Shown here: positions 7,606-16,875 of the stretch, one piece after another
Layout: every line of letters starts with the position of its first letter
Position numbering within the stretch: the stretch's first letter is position 1
Origin: Hyphomicrobiales bacterium
GTDB taxonomy: Bacteria > Pseudomonadota > Alphaproteobacteria > Rhizobiales > JAJFHC01
Reading direction: 5' to 3'
DNA: 64,000 nt
Assembly: GCA_965198845.1 (NCBI GenBank)
Contig: CBDAQD010000001.1
Location: 20,733-84,732, forward strand
Made by a program: the position numbers and the translations under genes
The notes under the pieces: model-generated
The model's input: only the letters and a program-made list of their open reading frames with translations
Databases searched by the model: none
Told to the model about the DNA's origin: nothing

Positions 7606-8966
7606 TGCGTTGGCCTGAGGATGGAGAACAGATCATCAAGCAATATGTTGCGCAGCTCCCGTTGGGTTACGCGACGACACCGACTTATTACCGGCAAGCA
7701 CTGGACAGCTTCTGGCGGGCGGCTCTGCGATGTGGTGCAACAGACCGGCAAACACTTGAACACTGGCTAGGCGAGCGCTGTGAGGTCTGGGCGCGCTCAA
7801 CGGTGCAGCACCGTGCGCGGATCATTACGCGTTTCCTTGATGTCCTCGTTGACGACGGAAGGCTTGAGGGCAATCCCGTCTCGGACCTTCGAAACGCCCT
7901 GAATGCCTATAGTGACACGAGCATCATACGCGCCTTGATGTCACCTGACCCGGACAGGGCACTCGAAGATTTACGACGGCCCCAGCCCTATGGGAGTTCG
8001 TGGGGAAATCTCATGCGCACTCATGTTCACCGCATGCAGCGCATGGGGTACCGCTACGAGACACAGGATGTCATTTGCCGCCGGTTCGACCGCTTTGTTC
8101 AGGAACGGCCCGATCTTGATGGCCGTCCGCTAGAGACATTGCTTGCACAGTATCGCCAGATAAAGACGAACCCGAACCATCCGGCAGAATGCGAGAAGCT
8201 GGCCCGTGTCGTGAACAAAGCCTTGTGCCACGATGATCCGTCACGACCGGTGCGACCGCTTGATAAAGGGCCTGCGAAACAGGTCGAACGCACGTGGCGG
8301 CGCCCGTATATCTACAGCCATGAGGAGATCCAGAAGGTGCTGGCGATCGCCCGGACCTTTCCGTCTGCGCGTGCGCCGTCACGCCCGATAAATCTCTACA
8401 CAATGCTCGTTCTGGCCTATTGTGCCGGGCTGCGGGTCGGAGAGATAGCGCGGCTGAAACTCGGCGACGTTGACATGCAGGCGGGGACCATCGCGATTCG
8501 CGAGACGAAGTTCTTCAAGTCCCGCATCTTGCCCTTGTCCGATAGTGCGATGGACGCCATGCGCGCGCTTCTCAAAGCACGTCGAGACGCCAAGGTCTCA
8601 TGTGATCCTGAAGCTGGCCTGTTCTGGCACGAACAAAAGAGTGGGCATTACGGCCGGGCAGCGATTAGTTCGCATCTTGTCGCCATTCTGCGCATGGCGG
8701 GCCTGAAACCTGCCGAAGGCAAGACAGGGCCGCGCGTCCATGACCTGCGCCACACCTTTGTCGTTCACCGCATCTTGCAATGGTACCGGCAAGGCGTGAA
8801 CCCACAGGAAAAACTGCCCTATCTCGCAACCTATCTCGGCCATCGGGATATTAACTCCACGCTGGTCTACATCACCGTGACGCAGGAATTGCTGCATGAA
8901 GCAAACGAGCGGTTCCGGGCCTTCGCCTCTCCGGGCAACGCTGAACGAACGGAGGCGGCATCATGA
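7602..8966 (+). CDS. Tyrosine recombinase RitB (RIT-1)
   Basis: ATG 7602 overlaps the ritA stop (ATGA). Catalytic region GLRVGEIARL...HDLRHTFVVHRI...LGHRDINSTLVYITV. The track ORF start at 7182 lies inside ritA and is rejected. Confidence 0.85.
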   Translation: MMRWPEDGEQIIKQYVAQLPLGYATTPTYYRQALDSFWRAALRCGATDRQTLEHWLGERCEVWARSTVQHRARIITRFLDVLVDDGRLEGNPVSDLRNALNAYSDTSIIRALMSPDPDRALEDLRRPQPYGSSWGNLMRTHVHRMQRMGYRYETQDVICRRFDRFVQERPDLDGRPLETLLAQYRQIKTNPNHPAECEKLARVVNKALCHDDPSRPVRPLDKGPAKQVERTWRRPYIYSHEEIQKVLAIARTFPSARAPSRPINLYTMLVLAYCAGLRVGEIARLKLGDVDMQAGTIAIRETKFFKSRILPLSDSAMDAMRALLKARRDAKVSCDPEAGLFWHEQKSGHYGRAAISSHLVAILRMAGLKPAEGKTGPRVHDLRHTFVVHRILQWYRQGVNPQEKLPYLATYLGHRDINSTLVYITVTQELLHEANERFRAFASPGNAERTEAAS

Positions 8967-9961
8967 AAACCGATCCGCTCCCAGAATTGCTGCGCTTGTT
9001 CTTCACCGACTGGATGGTCCAGCAACGCAACGCGTCTGTTCACACGGTCAAGTCATATCGCGATACCTGGCGACTCTTTCTCCGATTTGTCGCGGAACGG
9101 CACGGCAAGCCTGTTTTCCGTCTCACCTTGAGCGAATTGACCGCCGCCGAAGTCGCTACTTTTCTCAAACACCTCGAGGAAGACCGCGGTGATACCATTG
9201 GTACGCGAAATTGCCGCCTGTCGGCCTTGCGCAGCTTCTTCGGCTTCGTGGCAACGCGCGACCCGGAACGCATGGCACAATGCGCACAGGTCCTTAACAT
9301 CCCAACAAAGAAGGCGCCGACCCGTGCCCCGGACTACCTTGAACCGGAAGAAGTACAGGCAATCCTTGCTCAACCGGATCGGTCAATGTTGATCGGTCAG
9401 AGGGACCATGCCCTGCTGTCGTTCCTCTACAACACAGGTGCCCGCATCCAAGAGGCGCTTAATCTATGCCCACAGGCCATCAGGTTCGATGCACCAGCTT
9501 GCGTGCGATTGCACGGAAAGGGCCGTAAGGAACGCATCAGCCCGCTCTGGCCAGAAACGGCTGCTCTGCTGAAATCACTGCTTGAGCGAACGCCAAGGCC
9601 TGACGATGCGCCCCTCTTCGTGAACCGCTACGGCAACCCGTTAAGCGCCTCGGGGGTGCGCTTCAAGCTGGCGGAGTATGTGAAAGCGGCGGCGGTGGAT
9701 GTGCCGACGCTAGCGAAAAAACATGTGACACCACACAGCTTCCGGCATGCAACAGCTGTGCATCTGGTTGCCGCGGGCGTGGACATCACCGTAATCCGAA
9801 GCTGGCTTGGCCATGTCAGCCTGGAGACGACAAACCACTACGCGCAGGCCAACCTGGAGACCAAACGCCGGGCATTGGAACAAATTGAGAGCCCAAAGAC
9901 TGGCAGCCCACCTTCATGGCGACGCGACCAAAGCGTGCTCGACTGGCTCGATACGCTCTGA
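8963..9961 (+). CDS. Tyrosine recombinase RitC (RIT-1)
   Basis: ATG overlaps the ritB stop (ATGA). 332 aa with GARIQEAL...HSFRHATAVHLV...LGHVSLETTNHYAQA. Clearly homologous to the third gene of RIT-2. Confidence 0.9.
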   Translation: MKTDPLPELLRLFFTDWMVQQRNASVHTVKSYRDTWRLFLRFVAERHGKPVFRLTLSELTAAEVATFLKHLEEDRGDTIGTRNCRLSALRSFFGFVATRDPERMAQCAQVLNIPTKKAPTRAPDYLEPEEVQAILAQPDRSMLIGQRDHALLSFLYNTGARIQEALNLCPQAIRFDAPACVRLHGKGRKERISPLWPETAALLKSLLERTPRPDDAPLFVNRYGNPLSASGVRFKLAEYVKAAAVDVPTLAKKHVTPHSFRHATAVHLVAAGVDITVIRSWLGHVSLETTNHYAQANLETKRRALEQIESPKTGSPPSWRRDQSVLDWLDTL

Positions 9962-10025
9962 TGCAAGCCTCAAATTATGCGGAGGAAAGAAGATCGAAAG
10001 GACAGAAAACTAAGGGCCGCGCCCG

Positions 10026-10089
10026 ACTTCCTCCGCATAATCTTCACCTCGCGATAAATCGAATAATGACGACCTCGTCATTATTCGAT
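10026..10089. repeat. RIT-1 right terminal inverted repeat (10026-10063) plus a 15-bp-stem perfect palindrome (10058-10089)
   Basis: atcgaataatgacga-cc-tcgtcattattcgat. The distal arm (10075-10089) is the missing outer tip of the left IR (see findings). Confidence 0.9.
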
Positions 10090-10257
10090 CCAATCGGCGA
10101 TATAGTCCGCATGGCGCACGGTTGGGGTAATGTTCTGCGCAGCGCAAACAAAGGCGCTCGCCATTTCTGCGACAAGTTCCTCGCGGGCGTAATCCTTGGT
10201 TCCCCTGCTGGTGGTCAGGTTCCGATCGAGGCGGGATTGATGGCCTGTCCAGTGGCC
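10084..10257 (-). pseudogene. ardC: ardC fragment 2 of 3 (58 codons)
   Basis: My translation is GHWTGHQSRLDRNLTTSRGTKDYAREELVAEMASAFVCAAQNITPTVRHADYIADWIE. This is the zincin HExxH-WTGH region and downstream helix of ArdC, in frame with fragments 1 and 3. Confidence 0.85.
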
Positions 10258-10324
10258 GTTATGCCGACATCGGCATAACGGCCATAATGCCGATATCCGG
10301 ATTATGCCGAGCTAGCCGCTGAGA
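10254..10324. repeat. RIT-2 ritC-side end: 14-bp-stem palindrome (10254-10283) plus terminal IR (10283-10324)
   Basis: ggccgttatgccga-ca-tcggcataacggcc, followed by cataatgccgatatccggattatgccgagctagccgctgaga. It contains four of the eight copies of the TWATGCCGA motif. Confidence 0.9.
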
Positions 10325-10366
10325 GTACGGCTAGCCCGACTTGGTCACTTCAAAATGTCGGCATAA

Positions 10367-11371
10367 TCAGAGGGCTTCCAGGAATTCCAACAAGCTGTCG
10401 TCCGCAATGTATCGACCCTTGGGCGTCTTGCGATTCATCCTCTTCGTCTTGGCCATCGCCTTTTCTTTAAGCTCGATATCGGCGTGGACGTATATTTGCG
10501 TTGTTTCCACCGACTCGTGACCCAGCCACAAAGCGATTACCGTTCGATCGACCCCATTCTGTAATAGGTGCATCGCTGCAGTGTGACGGAGCACATGCGG
10601 TGAGACCCGCTTCTTAGATAGTGTCGAGCACGTTTCTGATGCGATCAAAACGTGTTTCCGGACAATGCGTTCTAAAGCATCTCGACTTAGTGGACCTCCA
10701 CGGATGCTGACAAATAGCGGCTCTGATGGTCTACGACTACGCTCCTTCAGCCATGACTTAAGAGCCGTGACTGTGTCTCCACGAAGCGGTGTCGCACGTT
10801 CTTTTCGCCCCTTTCCAAGACATCGCACGACAGCACCGTGTCCAAGTTCCACGTCATTGATTTTGAGCGCCAACACTTCCGAGACCCTCAAACCCGTCTG
10901 GACCATCATCTGCAACAGAGTACGATCGCGGCGGCCGAACCAGGTCGACAGATCAGGCGCGTCGATCAGCGCTTCGGCCTCATCATAAGTCAGAAAGTCG
11001 ATTGCTCTTTTCACATACCGTTTCTGGGGCATCGATAAGATACGCTGGCAGTGATGAAGCAGTTGTGGTTCTTTGTCCGCGACATATTTGAAGAACGACC
11101 TGATGGCTGCGAGGCGCGTGTTTCGAGTTCTCGCGCTGCTACCCCTCGTGTCTTCGAGATGGATTAAAAACCGCCCGACCAGATCGGCGTCAATATGGTC
11201 TAAATGCAGCTTTGTTGGCGCTCTTCCGGTATCACTCGTCGCAAAGCGCAGGAGCATCCGGAAGGTGTCGCGATATCCAGCAATTGTGTTCGGACTGGCA
11301 TTCAGCTGACCAACGAGCCGCTCTGTAAAAAAGCGCTGTAAGTAGGGCGGAAGTGGATGCTGCTTGATCAT
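10367..11371 (-). CDS. Tyrosine recombinase RitC (RIT-2)
   Basis: 334 aa with GLRVSEVL...HVLRHTAAMHLL...LGHESVETTQIYVHA. Its ATG overlaps the ritB2 stop. Confidence 0.9.
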   Translation of the reverse strand: MIKQHPLPPYLQRFFTERLVGQLNASPNTIAGYRDTFRMLLRFATSDTGRAPTKLHLDHIDADLVGRFLIHLEDTRGSSARTRNTRLAAIRSFFKYVADKEPQLLHHCQRILSMPQKRYVKRAIDFLTYDEAEALIDAPDLSTWFGRRDRTLLQMMVQTGLRVSEVLALKINDVELGHGAVVRCLGKGRKERATPLRGDTVTALKSWLKERSRRPSEPLFVSIRGGPLSRDALERIVRKHVLIASETCSTLSKKRVSPHVLRHTAAMHLLQNGVDRTVIALWLGHESVETTQIYVHADIELKEKAMAKTKRMNRKTPKGRYIADDSLLEFLEAL

Positions 11372-12315
11372 CGCTGCCTCCGCTTCTTGAGCAGTGCCTC
11401 AGAACGCTTCGCCGCCAACTGCATCAGTTCGGGGACAGCTTCGATGTACCAGTATGTGTGCACCGGTTTTTTGTGGCCCAGAAAGGCACTTAGCTTGTAC
11501 ATTTCCTGATCGACATCGACGCCTGCCTTGTACCAACTGATGATCGTGTGCACGGCGAACGTATGTCGAAGATCATGGATACGAGGTCCAACACCATGCC
11601 TTTTGTAGCCCGCAGGATTGCGATGTCCGAGTCGGCGTCCGACTTGGGCAAATGTGTACCGCGCCCCACAGTCGCCTAGCGGCGCACCGGTGTGACGCAC
11701 AAAGATCGGACCACTATTGAGGCCGGTGATATGCCGTCTTAACTCCAGATACTGCCCCAGACGATCAACTGTGGATGGTGAGAGCGGCAAGCATCTCTCA
11801 CTCCCCGACTTGGACTTCAGGATTTCCAAGGTGCCCGCGGATAAATCGATATGATCTTTTTGAAGGCCGAGCGCTTCATTTATCCTCAAGCCGGTGACGG
11901 CGATCAGTCCAAAGAGCGTTGACGCCGTCAGGCCACGGAAGCCGTACTCAGAAGGCAAACGAGCCGCTTCTGCGACGATGTCTCGGATCTGTTGCTCGCT
12001 ATAAATGTAGGGTTTGGAGCGTTTAGGTTTTCCGATTGCAATATCGCGAGGCGGGATCTCCGACTTGCCGTCTATTCCACGCAACCATGTCGCAAACTTC
12101 CTGACCATGGATACGCGGGCGGACCAGGTGTTGGTGTCCGCAGCGCCATAGTCTCGCTTCCAATCTTTGAAGAGCGCGCTCGTTATATGCTCTGCATTTC
12201 GTTCATCTGCATATGCAGTGAACTTCTTCATGACGCGCTCGGTAAAACTAAGATCGTACCCGAGGGCACGACGTATCTCGAGATACTCGTATAGTCGTTC
12301 AGTGAGTGTTTTCAT
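11368..12315 (-). CDS. Tyrosine recombinase RitB (RIT-2)
   Basis: 315 aa with GLRINEAL...HDLRHTFAVHTI...LGHKKPVHTYWYIEA. Its ATG overlaps the ritA2 stop. Confidence 0.9.
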   Translation of the reverse strand: MKTLTERLYEYLEIRRALGYDLSFTERVMKKFTAYADERNAEHITSALFKDWKRDYGAADTNTWSARVSMVRKFATWLRGIDGKSEIPPRDIAIGKPKRSKPYIYSEQQIRDIVAEAARLPSEYGFRGLTASTLFGLIAVTGLRINEALGLQKDHIDLSAGTLEILKSKSGSERCLPLSPSTVDRLGQYLELRRHITGLNSGPIFVRHTGAPLGDCGARYTFAQVGRRLGHRNPAGYKRHGVGPRIHDLRHTFAVHTIISWYKAGVDVDQEMYKLSAFLGHKKPVHTYWYIEAVPELMQLAAKRSEALLKKRRQR

Positions 12316-13559
12316 CGCGCATCCTCCTGATCTGGCCAGGAAGGGGCGAGCGCTCGCAACGCGTCGACATCGTATTTGGCATAGATCGAAGTCGTCGACG
12401 GGGAACGATGTCTGAGGACATCGCTGATTTCCTCCAGAGAGGCGCCGTTCCGAAGCAGATCGGTCGCCAGACTGTGCCTTAAAATATGAGCGCCGACATA
12501 AGACTGCGGCGGGGAGATACCTGTCGCATTATAGGTTTTGCTCAAGATCCAGTTTACGATCTGGGAGTCGGCAAAGTTCTTGAACGGCGCTCTCGTCGAG
12601 ACGAAGAGATATCGAGAGGATCCACGTCGTTCATTCTTGATATAGTCGACGATCGCTGTTCCGACCTCATGGGGTAACGGCATTCGATCATGCAATCGAC
12701 CTTTACCACGGATCAGAACTTCACCCAGGCGCCAATCTAAGTCCTCCAATTTAATCGCGATGATTTCAGGTCCGCGCAGGCCCATCCGCGCCATCATCAT
12801 GATCATCGCATGGTCACGGCGTCCCGTTTTCGACGATAGCCGAGCCGCTTCGATGAGCCGGTTGATATCCTCCGGTGGCAAATACCTTGGGATTTTGCCG
12901 TTGCCGATGGTCCGTTGAGACGGAACTTGCTCAGCCAAGTTCTTGTCCGTGTGCTTCGCCCAATACAGGAAGCGAAAGAACGACCTGAGATGCGACGCGA
13001 TCGACTTGTCCTTAGCGATACGCGCGTTCTTACGCCTGCGCATCATATAGTCGGTAATGTCCTGAGCCTTTAGACCCTTGAGGTCGCCAAGACGGGGACC
13101 GTATTTGAACGTCAGAAATCCATGCGCATATCTCACGCAGCCATAAATCGTCGCCTCGGATAATCCTCTTTGTTCGCGAAGGTAGGCCTCATACTCGCGC
13201 ATAAGAACGGCGCGTTTAGACTTGTCGACCTTCTGGGGTCGTGCTGCAACCTCGCCTGCCTCGATCAGAAAATCCACGAAACGATTGATGCAATAAACGC
13301 CATAAGTGGCTTTTGAACCTTTATGCAGGCCGAGAACGGTCTGGATCAATCCATCGATCGCGCTTTCATCTAATTTCGACAAATAGATGCCACGCTTCAC
13401 GGCAAATTCTGCGAACCGTCGACAATGCGATCGATACGTGCCGACCGTTGCCGGTGTATAGCCTTGTCGATCAAGAAACACCGTGAACTCATCGATGCGT
13501 TGACTGTAGCGCTTTGCTTCCCGCTCTGGCAGCCGGTGGACGTTTCTATTTCTAGGCAT
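12312..13559 (-). CDS. Tyrosine recombinase RitA (RIT-2)
   Basis: 415 aa with GLRGPEII...HILRHSLATDLL...LRHRSPSTTSIYAKY. Confidence 0.9.
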   Translation of the reverse strand: MPRNRNVHRLPEREAKRYSQRIDEFTVFLDRQGYTPATVGTYRSHCRRFAEFAVKRGIYLSKLDESAIDGLIQTVLGLHKGSKATYGVYCINRFVDFLIEAGEVAARPQKVDKSKRAVLMREYEAYLREQRGLSEATIYGCVRYAHGFLTFKYGPRLGDLKGLKAQDITDYMMRRRKNARIAKDKSIASHLRSFFRFLYWAKHTDKNLAEQVPSQRTIGNGKIPRYLPPEDINRLIEAARLSSKTGRRDHAMIMMMARMGLRGPEIIAIKLEDLDWRLGEVLIRGKGRLHDRMPLPHEVGTAIVDYIKNERRGSSRYLFVSTRAPFKNFADSQIVNWILSKTYNATGISPPQSYVGAHILRHSLATDLLRNGASLEEISDVLRHRSPSTTSIYAKYDVDALRALAPSWPDQEDAR

Positions 13560-13665
13560 TTTTTGAACTCCTTCTCTTTGCTCAGAAGGAACGAATGCCT
13601 CATCGGTGCGTTGTCTGGGATTTTTATGCCGACTCTTTAGTGCGTCGGCCCCGCAGCTAACAGCG

Positions 13666-13708
13666 TCTCAGCGGCTAGCTCGGCATAATCCGGATATCGG
13701 CATTATGT
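13666..13708. repeat. RIT-2 ritA-side terminal inverted repeat
   Basis: tctcagcggctagctcggcataatccggatatcggcattatg(t) is the reverse complement of 10283-10324. Confidence 0.9.
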
Positions 13709-14373
13709 CCTAATTCGTGAAAACAGGTGCTGTAATAATTTATCTGGTCACGGAATGCGGGTTGCGGCGGCGCCTGAATAAAGTCTTCGCTCGGCACGAA
13801 AAAAGCCCTGTCGCCGCCGATACGAAAATCGGCGCCGGTGGCTTCAATAAGCTGTTCGGCGCGGGGGATGATTTCGCGCTCCGGCAAGGGCTGCACATTG
13901 GCTAAAAATTCATCGGGCAAGCCTTCACACTGGTCGGCGTTAAACACTGTGTAGCGTTTCAAAAAGCCGACGCGCTGCGGGTCGTCTCCTGTTTGCTGCG
14001 CTTTTTCTGCCTCGGCTTTGGGTATGAAGGTATCGGCGTAACAAATTGCAGTGCCGCGTTCGCCTTTTCTGACGCATCCGCCTAGCGACAAGGCTTGTTT
14101 GAAGGTTAGCCAGTGTTGGGTGGTTCTCGCGGTTTCGATAGCCGCTCCCCACAGCAACAAGATGTTGATGCCGGAATAGGTATTGCCGGTTGCCGCGTTT
14201 TTCGGAAGTCCCATCGGGGTCTTGATGTGGTCGCGTCCCCAAGGCTGAACCCAAGGCACTGCGCCAGCCTCAAGCTGCGCAATAATCTTGTCTGTCACGT
14301 CTTGATAAAGGTCGCGGCGCGGTGCGCTGCTGCGCTTGCCTCTTGCGCTTTGGTCGCGGTTCTTGGTGGCCAT
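13708..14373 (-). pseudogene. ardC: ardC fragment 1 of 3 (N-terminal 222 codons)
   Basis: MATKNRDQ...VPWVQPW...YSGINILLLW...YYSTCFHELG. This is the ArdC ssDNA-binding N-domain plus the start of the zincin motif. The track ORF then reads into the RIT-2 IR (..H NADIRIMPS*). AGGAGA lies upstream of the ATG. Confidence 0.85.
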
Positions 14374-14607
14374 GTCTCGTCTCCTGTTCTGCCCCCGTCA
14401 CCAGTTTCCCCCCGGCGGGAGGGGGTGGGCGGCAGGAACGCCGCGCAGGCGTGGGGCATCAGGGCCAAGGCAGCTTGCTGCCGGTGGGCAAGTTTCTTGG
14501 TAGGAGACCTTTGACGACCTATACGGATGAATACCCAAGAGGCTTGCGCATGGGCCGCCCCGCGCCAGCGTGGCTGACGCCCACACCCGAGCGCCTGGGG
14601 AAACCTC

Positions 14608-14629
14608 AAAAAAGCCGCGCGTCAGCGCG
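14608..14629 (-). terminator. Possible rho-independent terminator upstream of ardC
   Basis: On the minus strand, a 5-bp stem CGCGC / GCGCG (14625-14629 pairing with 14616-20) with a UGAC loop, then GC UUUUUU (plus-strand A-run 14608-14613). The stem is short. Confidence 0.35.
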
Positions 14630-14799
14630 TCTGCTGTTTCAATACGGTAAAGACGGCGCAAGCCGAGGCGCAGTCGAGGGAAGGATCATTACCGGATGGC
14701 CAAGACCCGATTCATCGGGGCTTGGGGAGGCGTGTAAAGCACGCCGAGTAGAGCCCGGTCGCGGCCTGCCGCGATGCGCTAGGTTTCCAAAAAGCGCAG

Positions 14800-16875
14800 C
14801 TAAGCTAATTTGGTGTAAGAAATCCCTTCCAGTCTAGCTTTTTCCAAAGCTATCAGCAGAACAGTGCATTGTTTTTCTGAGGGAACTTTCTGTGGTATGT
14901 TCTTGGCAATATTGAGGACACCAACTTCTTTTGGGGTGAAAATTCTTCTTTTGGAGCCTTCATCGAGTATGTAATTCCACTCAGCCGAAGTGATTTCAAA
15001 TACTTTCTTCTGAGCATCAATCCCATCATCAATTTTCTGAACATTCTTGGCCTGCCGCTGCCTTGCCTTGGTTTCTTCCTCGGTGATCGAGTCGCTCCAA
15101 AAACCATCCGAAATACCTGCAAGAAATTCATCCAGATCAGACATGATATTCGTCCAGCAAGCATCCTTCTTACACCACTCGGTGACGTTCGAAAATCCGG
15201 AAGGAGGCTCAGTGATATGATCATTTACAAACTTCGCAGCCGTTTCCAGAACAGATATAAATTCTGTTGAAAGCGTCTGCGTGTTCCAGATTTTCATAAA
15301 ATCAATATTTGACTCTTTTCTTCTACAGCTCTCTGCAATAGCCGCGATAGTGTATGCAACGATATTTGCGCGATACCCTCCATTGTACCATTCCTGTGCG
15401 GAAACCATGCGTTCAGTTGCTCTGAAAACAATGCCCCGTGCAATAGCGCGCTTGAAGTAGTGTTCATTGAAAGATTCAGACGACTTTGCCCACTCCTTTC
15501 CAATTCGTTTAGCGTATTGGGCAAAGTTCTTTTGGGCACCCAGATTCACCCACTTTGGATGCTCATCCCAGACATTCTCAAACTTGGCTAGGTCAGTTTT
15601 GCTGAACATCTGTGGTTTTGGGTTTTCAGCCTTGAATTTTTTCTTCTCGCCTGGCGTGAGTTTGGATTGAGCATCAGCATACTGACCGCGCGCTCGTTCA
15701 TAAAACCACTTCGTTTCACGTTGTGCACCTCTAACCGCAGGAGCCCAGAGCCGACGGGAAAAGTCCTCCATTCGAATATGGAATGGATGGTTTGAAAAGA
15801 AATCAGCTGCATTTACGCGATTTTGTGTATTCGCATATTCTGAAATCCGGGGAACGACGGTCTCGCTTTCTTCGCTATCAATTACAGAAAGTTTGAGTTG
15901 AACAAAAATTCCCTCAAGCGAAGCCTTATCCTTTCTTGCAGTATGGAAGAGTGAAGCTGTCGTTTGTCCGCCATTCACGATTTGAAGATCTGTTATCGAA
16001 ACGAGCTCCAATCCCTGGGGCGTAGAACGAGTCTCGACGCTTTGAGCGGTAGCGGTGATACCGTTGTTGTAGGCGAAGAACATTTCCGGCTCGGTAATTA
16101 TTGTGGACCGGATACCCTTATTTACTTTTCCTCGTGCCTGGAGAAAGCATCTGACGTTTTGTTCCAGAAGCCTTGCTCCGTATCTTCCGTATAATTCCGC
16201 CAGAACAGTTGCAGGCATTACGATAAGATATGATTGATAGGCGTGTGAGCCGAGATGTGCCGGAAGGCACGGAATACCGTATCCGAAGCGTTCATCAAAA
16301 TTTATATCCAATGGCTCCTTGTGGCCGCGTGCCGCTCGTTGTCTTTGCAACCGTGTAATATCCCAAATGTGGAATGAACATGGCACATTGCAAACTTCTG
16401 CATCTTCTACTTGTTGTAACCTTTCACTCAGAGCCCGCTCTGAGAATAGAATACAATTCAGCCTGACGATTGTTTTTCCACGATCAGCGATTTCCCTTGC
16501 GAGACCATACTCCGGTGAGGTTTCCTCCAATTCGCGGTGAAGATTCTTTACAAGACTTGCTTCGAAAAAATTTGACAACCGCCGGAAGGTTGCATCCACA
16601 TCTGTTCTTGTAAGCGAGTTGAGTTTTTCACGGCAATCAAAGTCCGCAATAAACAGATCGAGAACACCGTCATCGTTAAACCAGTATCCATCAACTCGCA
16701 TTCCTCGCGGTGCCCGATAGTGACAAAACTCAAAACCTTCTACAAATCCTGTATCGACAAGTTCATCCGCCAGTGCATTCATGAACTCGGCTAACTGAAA
16801 ATCGCTTCGAGCCTCAGCCGCCGCCAGCATCTCCTGTCGAAAATCATGGAAAAACTCGGAGACAGTCTCACTCAT
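14800..16875 (-). CDS. AIPR-family (abortive infection phage resistance) protein
   Basis: Start MSETVSEFFHDF (ATG 16875) overlaps the upstream stop by 8 nt. 691 aa. The central region FFAYNNGITATA...LQIVNGGQTTASLFH resembles the AIPR family core. Confidence 0.7.
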   Translation of the reverse strand: MSETVSEFFHDFRQEMLAAAEARSDFQLAEFMNALADELVDTGFVEGFEFCHYRAPRGMRVDGYWFNDDGVLDLFIADFDCREKLNSLTRTDVDATFRRLSNFFEASLVKNLHRELEETSPEYGLAREIADRGKTIVRLNCILFSERALSERLQQVEDAEVCNVPCSFHIWDITRLQRQRAARGHKEPLDINFDERFGYGIPCLPAHLGSHAYQSYLIVMPATVLAELYGRYGARLLEQNVRCFLQARGKVNKGIRSTIITEPEMFFAYNNGITATAQSVETRSTPQGLELVSITDLQIVNGGQTTASLFHTARKDKASLEGIFVQLKLSVIDSEESETVVPRISEYANTQNRVNAADFFSNHPFHIRMEDFSRRLWAPAVRGAQRETKWFYERARGQYADAQSKLTPGEKKKFKAENPKPQMFSKTDLAKFENVWDEHPKWVNLGAQKNFAQYAKRIGKEWAKSSESFNEHYFKRAIARGIVFRATERMVSAQEWYNGGYRANIVAYTIAAIAESCRRKESNIDFMKIWNTQTLSTEFISVLETAAKFVNDHITEPPSGFSNVTEWCKKDACWTNIMSDLDEFLAGISDGFWSDSITEEETKARQRQAKNVQKIDDGIDAQKKVFEITSAEWNYILDEGSKRRIFTPKEVGVLNIAKNIPQKVPSEKQCTVLLIALEKARLEGISYTKLA

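Larger units (their letters stand above)
6218..10089 (+). mobile_element. Recombinase-in-trio (RIT) element 1, inserted in ardC
   Basis: Three coupled tyrosine recombinase genes bracketed by a perfect inverted repeat. The 6-bp TTCGAT is present at both junctions (6218-6223 and 10084-10089). ardC is colinear across the element. Confidence 0.85.
10256..13708 (-). mobile_element. Recombinase-in-trio (RIT) element 2, inserted in ardC in the opposite orientation to RIT-1
   Basis: Three coupled tyrosine recombinase genes with a 42-bp perfect IR (10283-10324 / 13666-13707). About 50% GC. It splits the HELGH|WTGH motif of ardC. The junction is ambiguous by 2 nt (CC). Confidence 0.85.

Noticed and set aside
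9916-10278. 120-aa plus-strand ORF
   Set aside because: It spans the RIT-1 end and the antisense of ardC fragment 2. The minus strand gives a perfect ArdC continuation.
14374-14799. Searched for an integrase remnant, a tRNA 3' half or an att direct repeat between ardC and the AT-rich block
   Set aside because: I found no T-arm-like GTTCGAAT or acceptor sequence and no credible ORF. There is only a short terminator-like hairpin.
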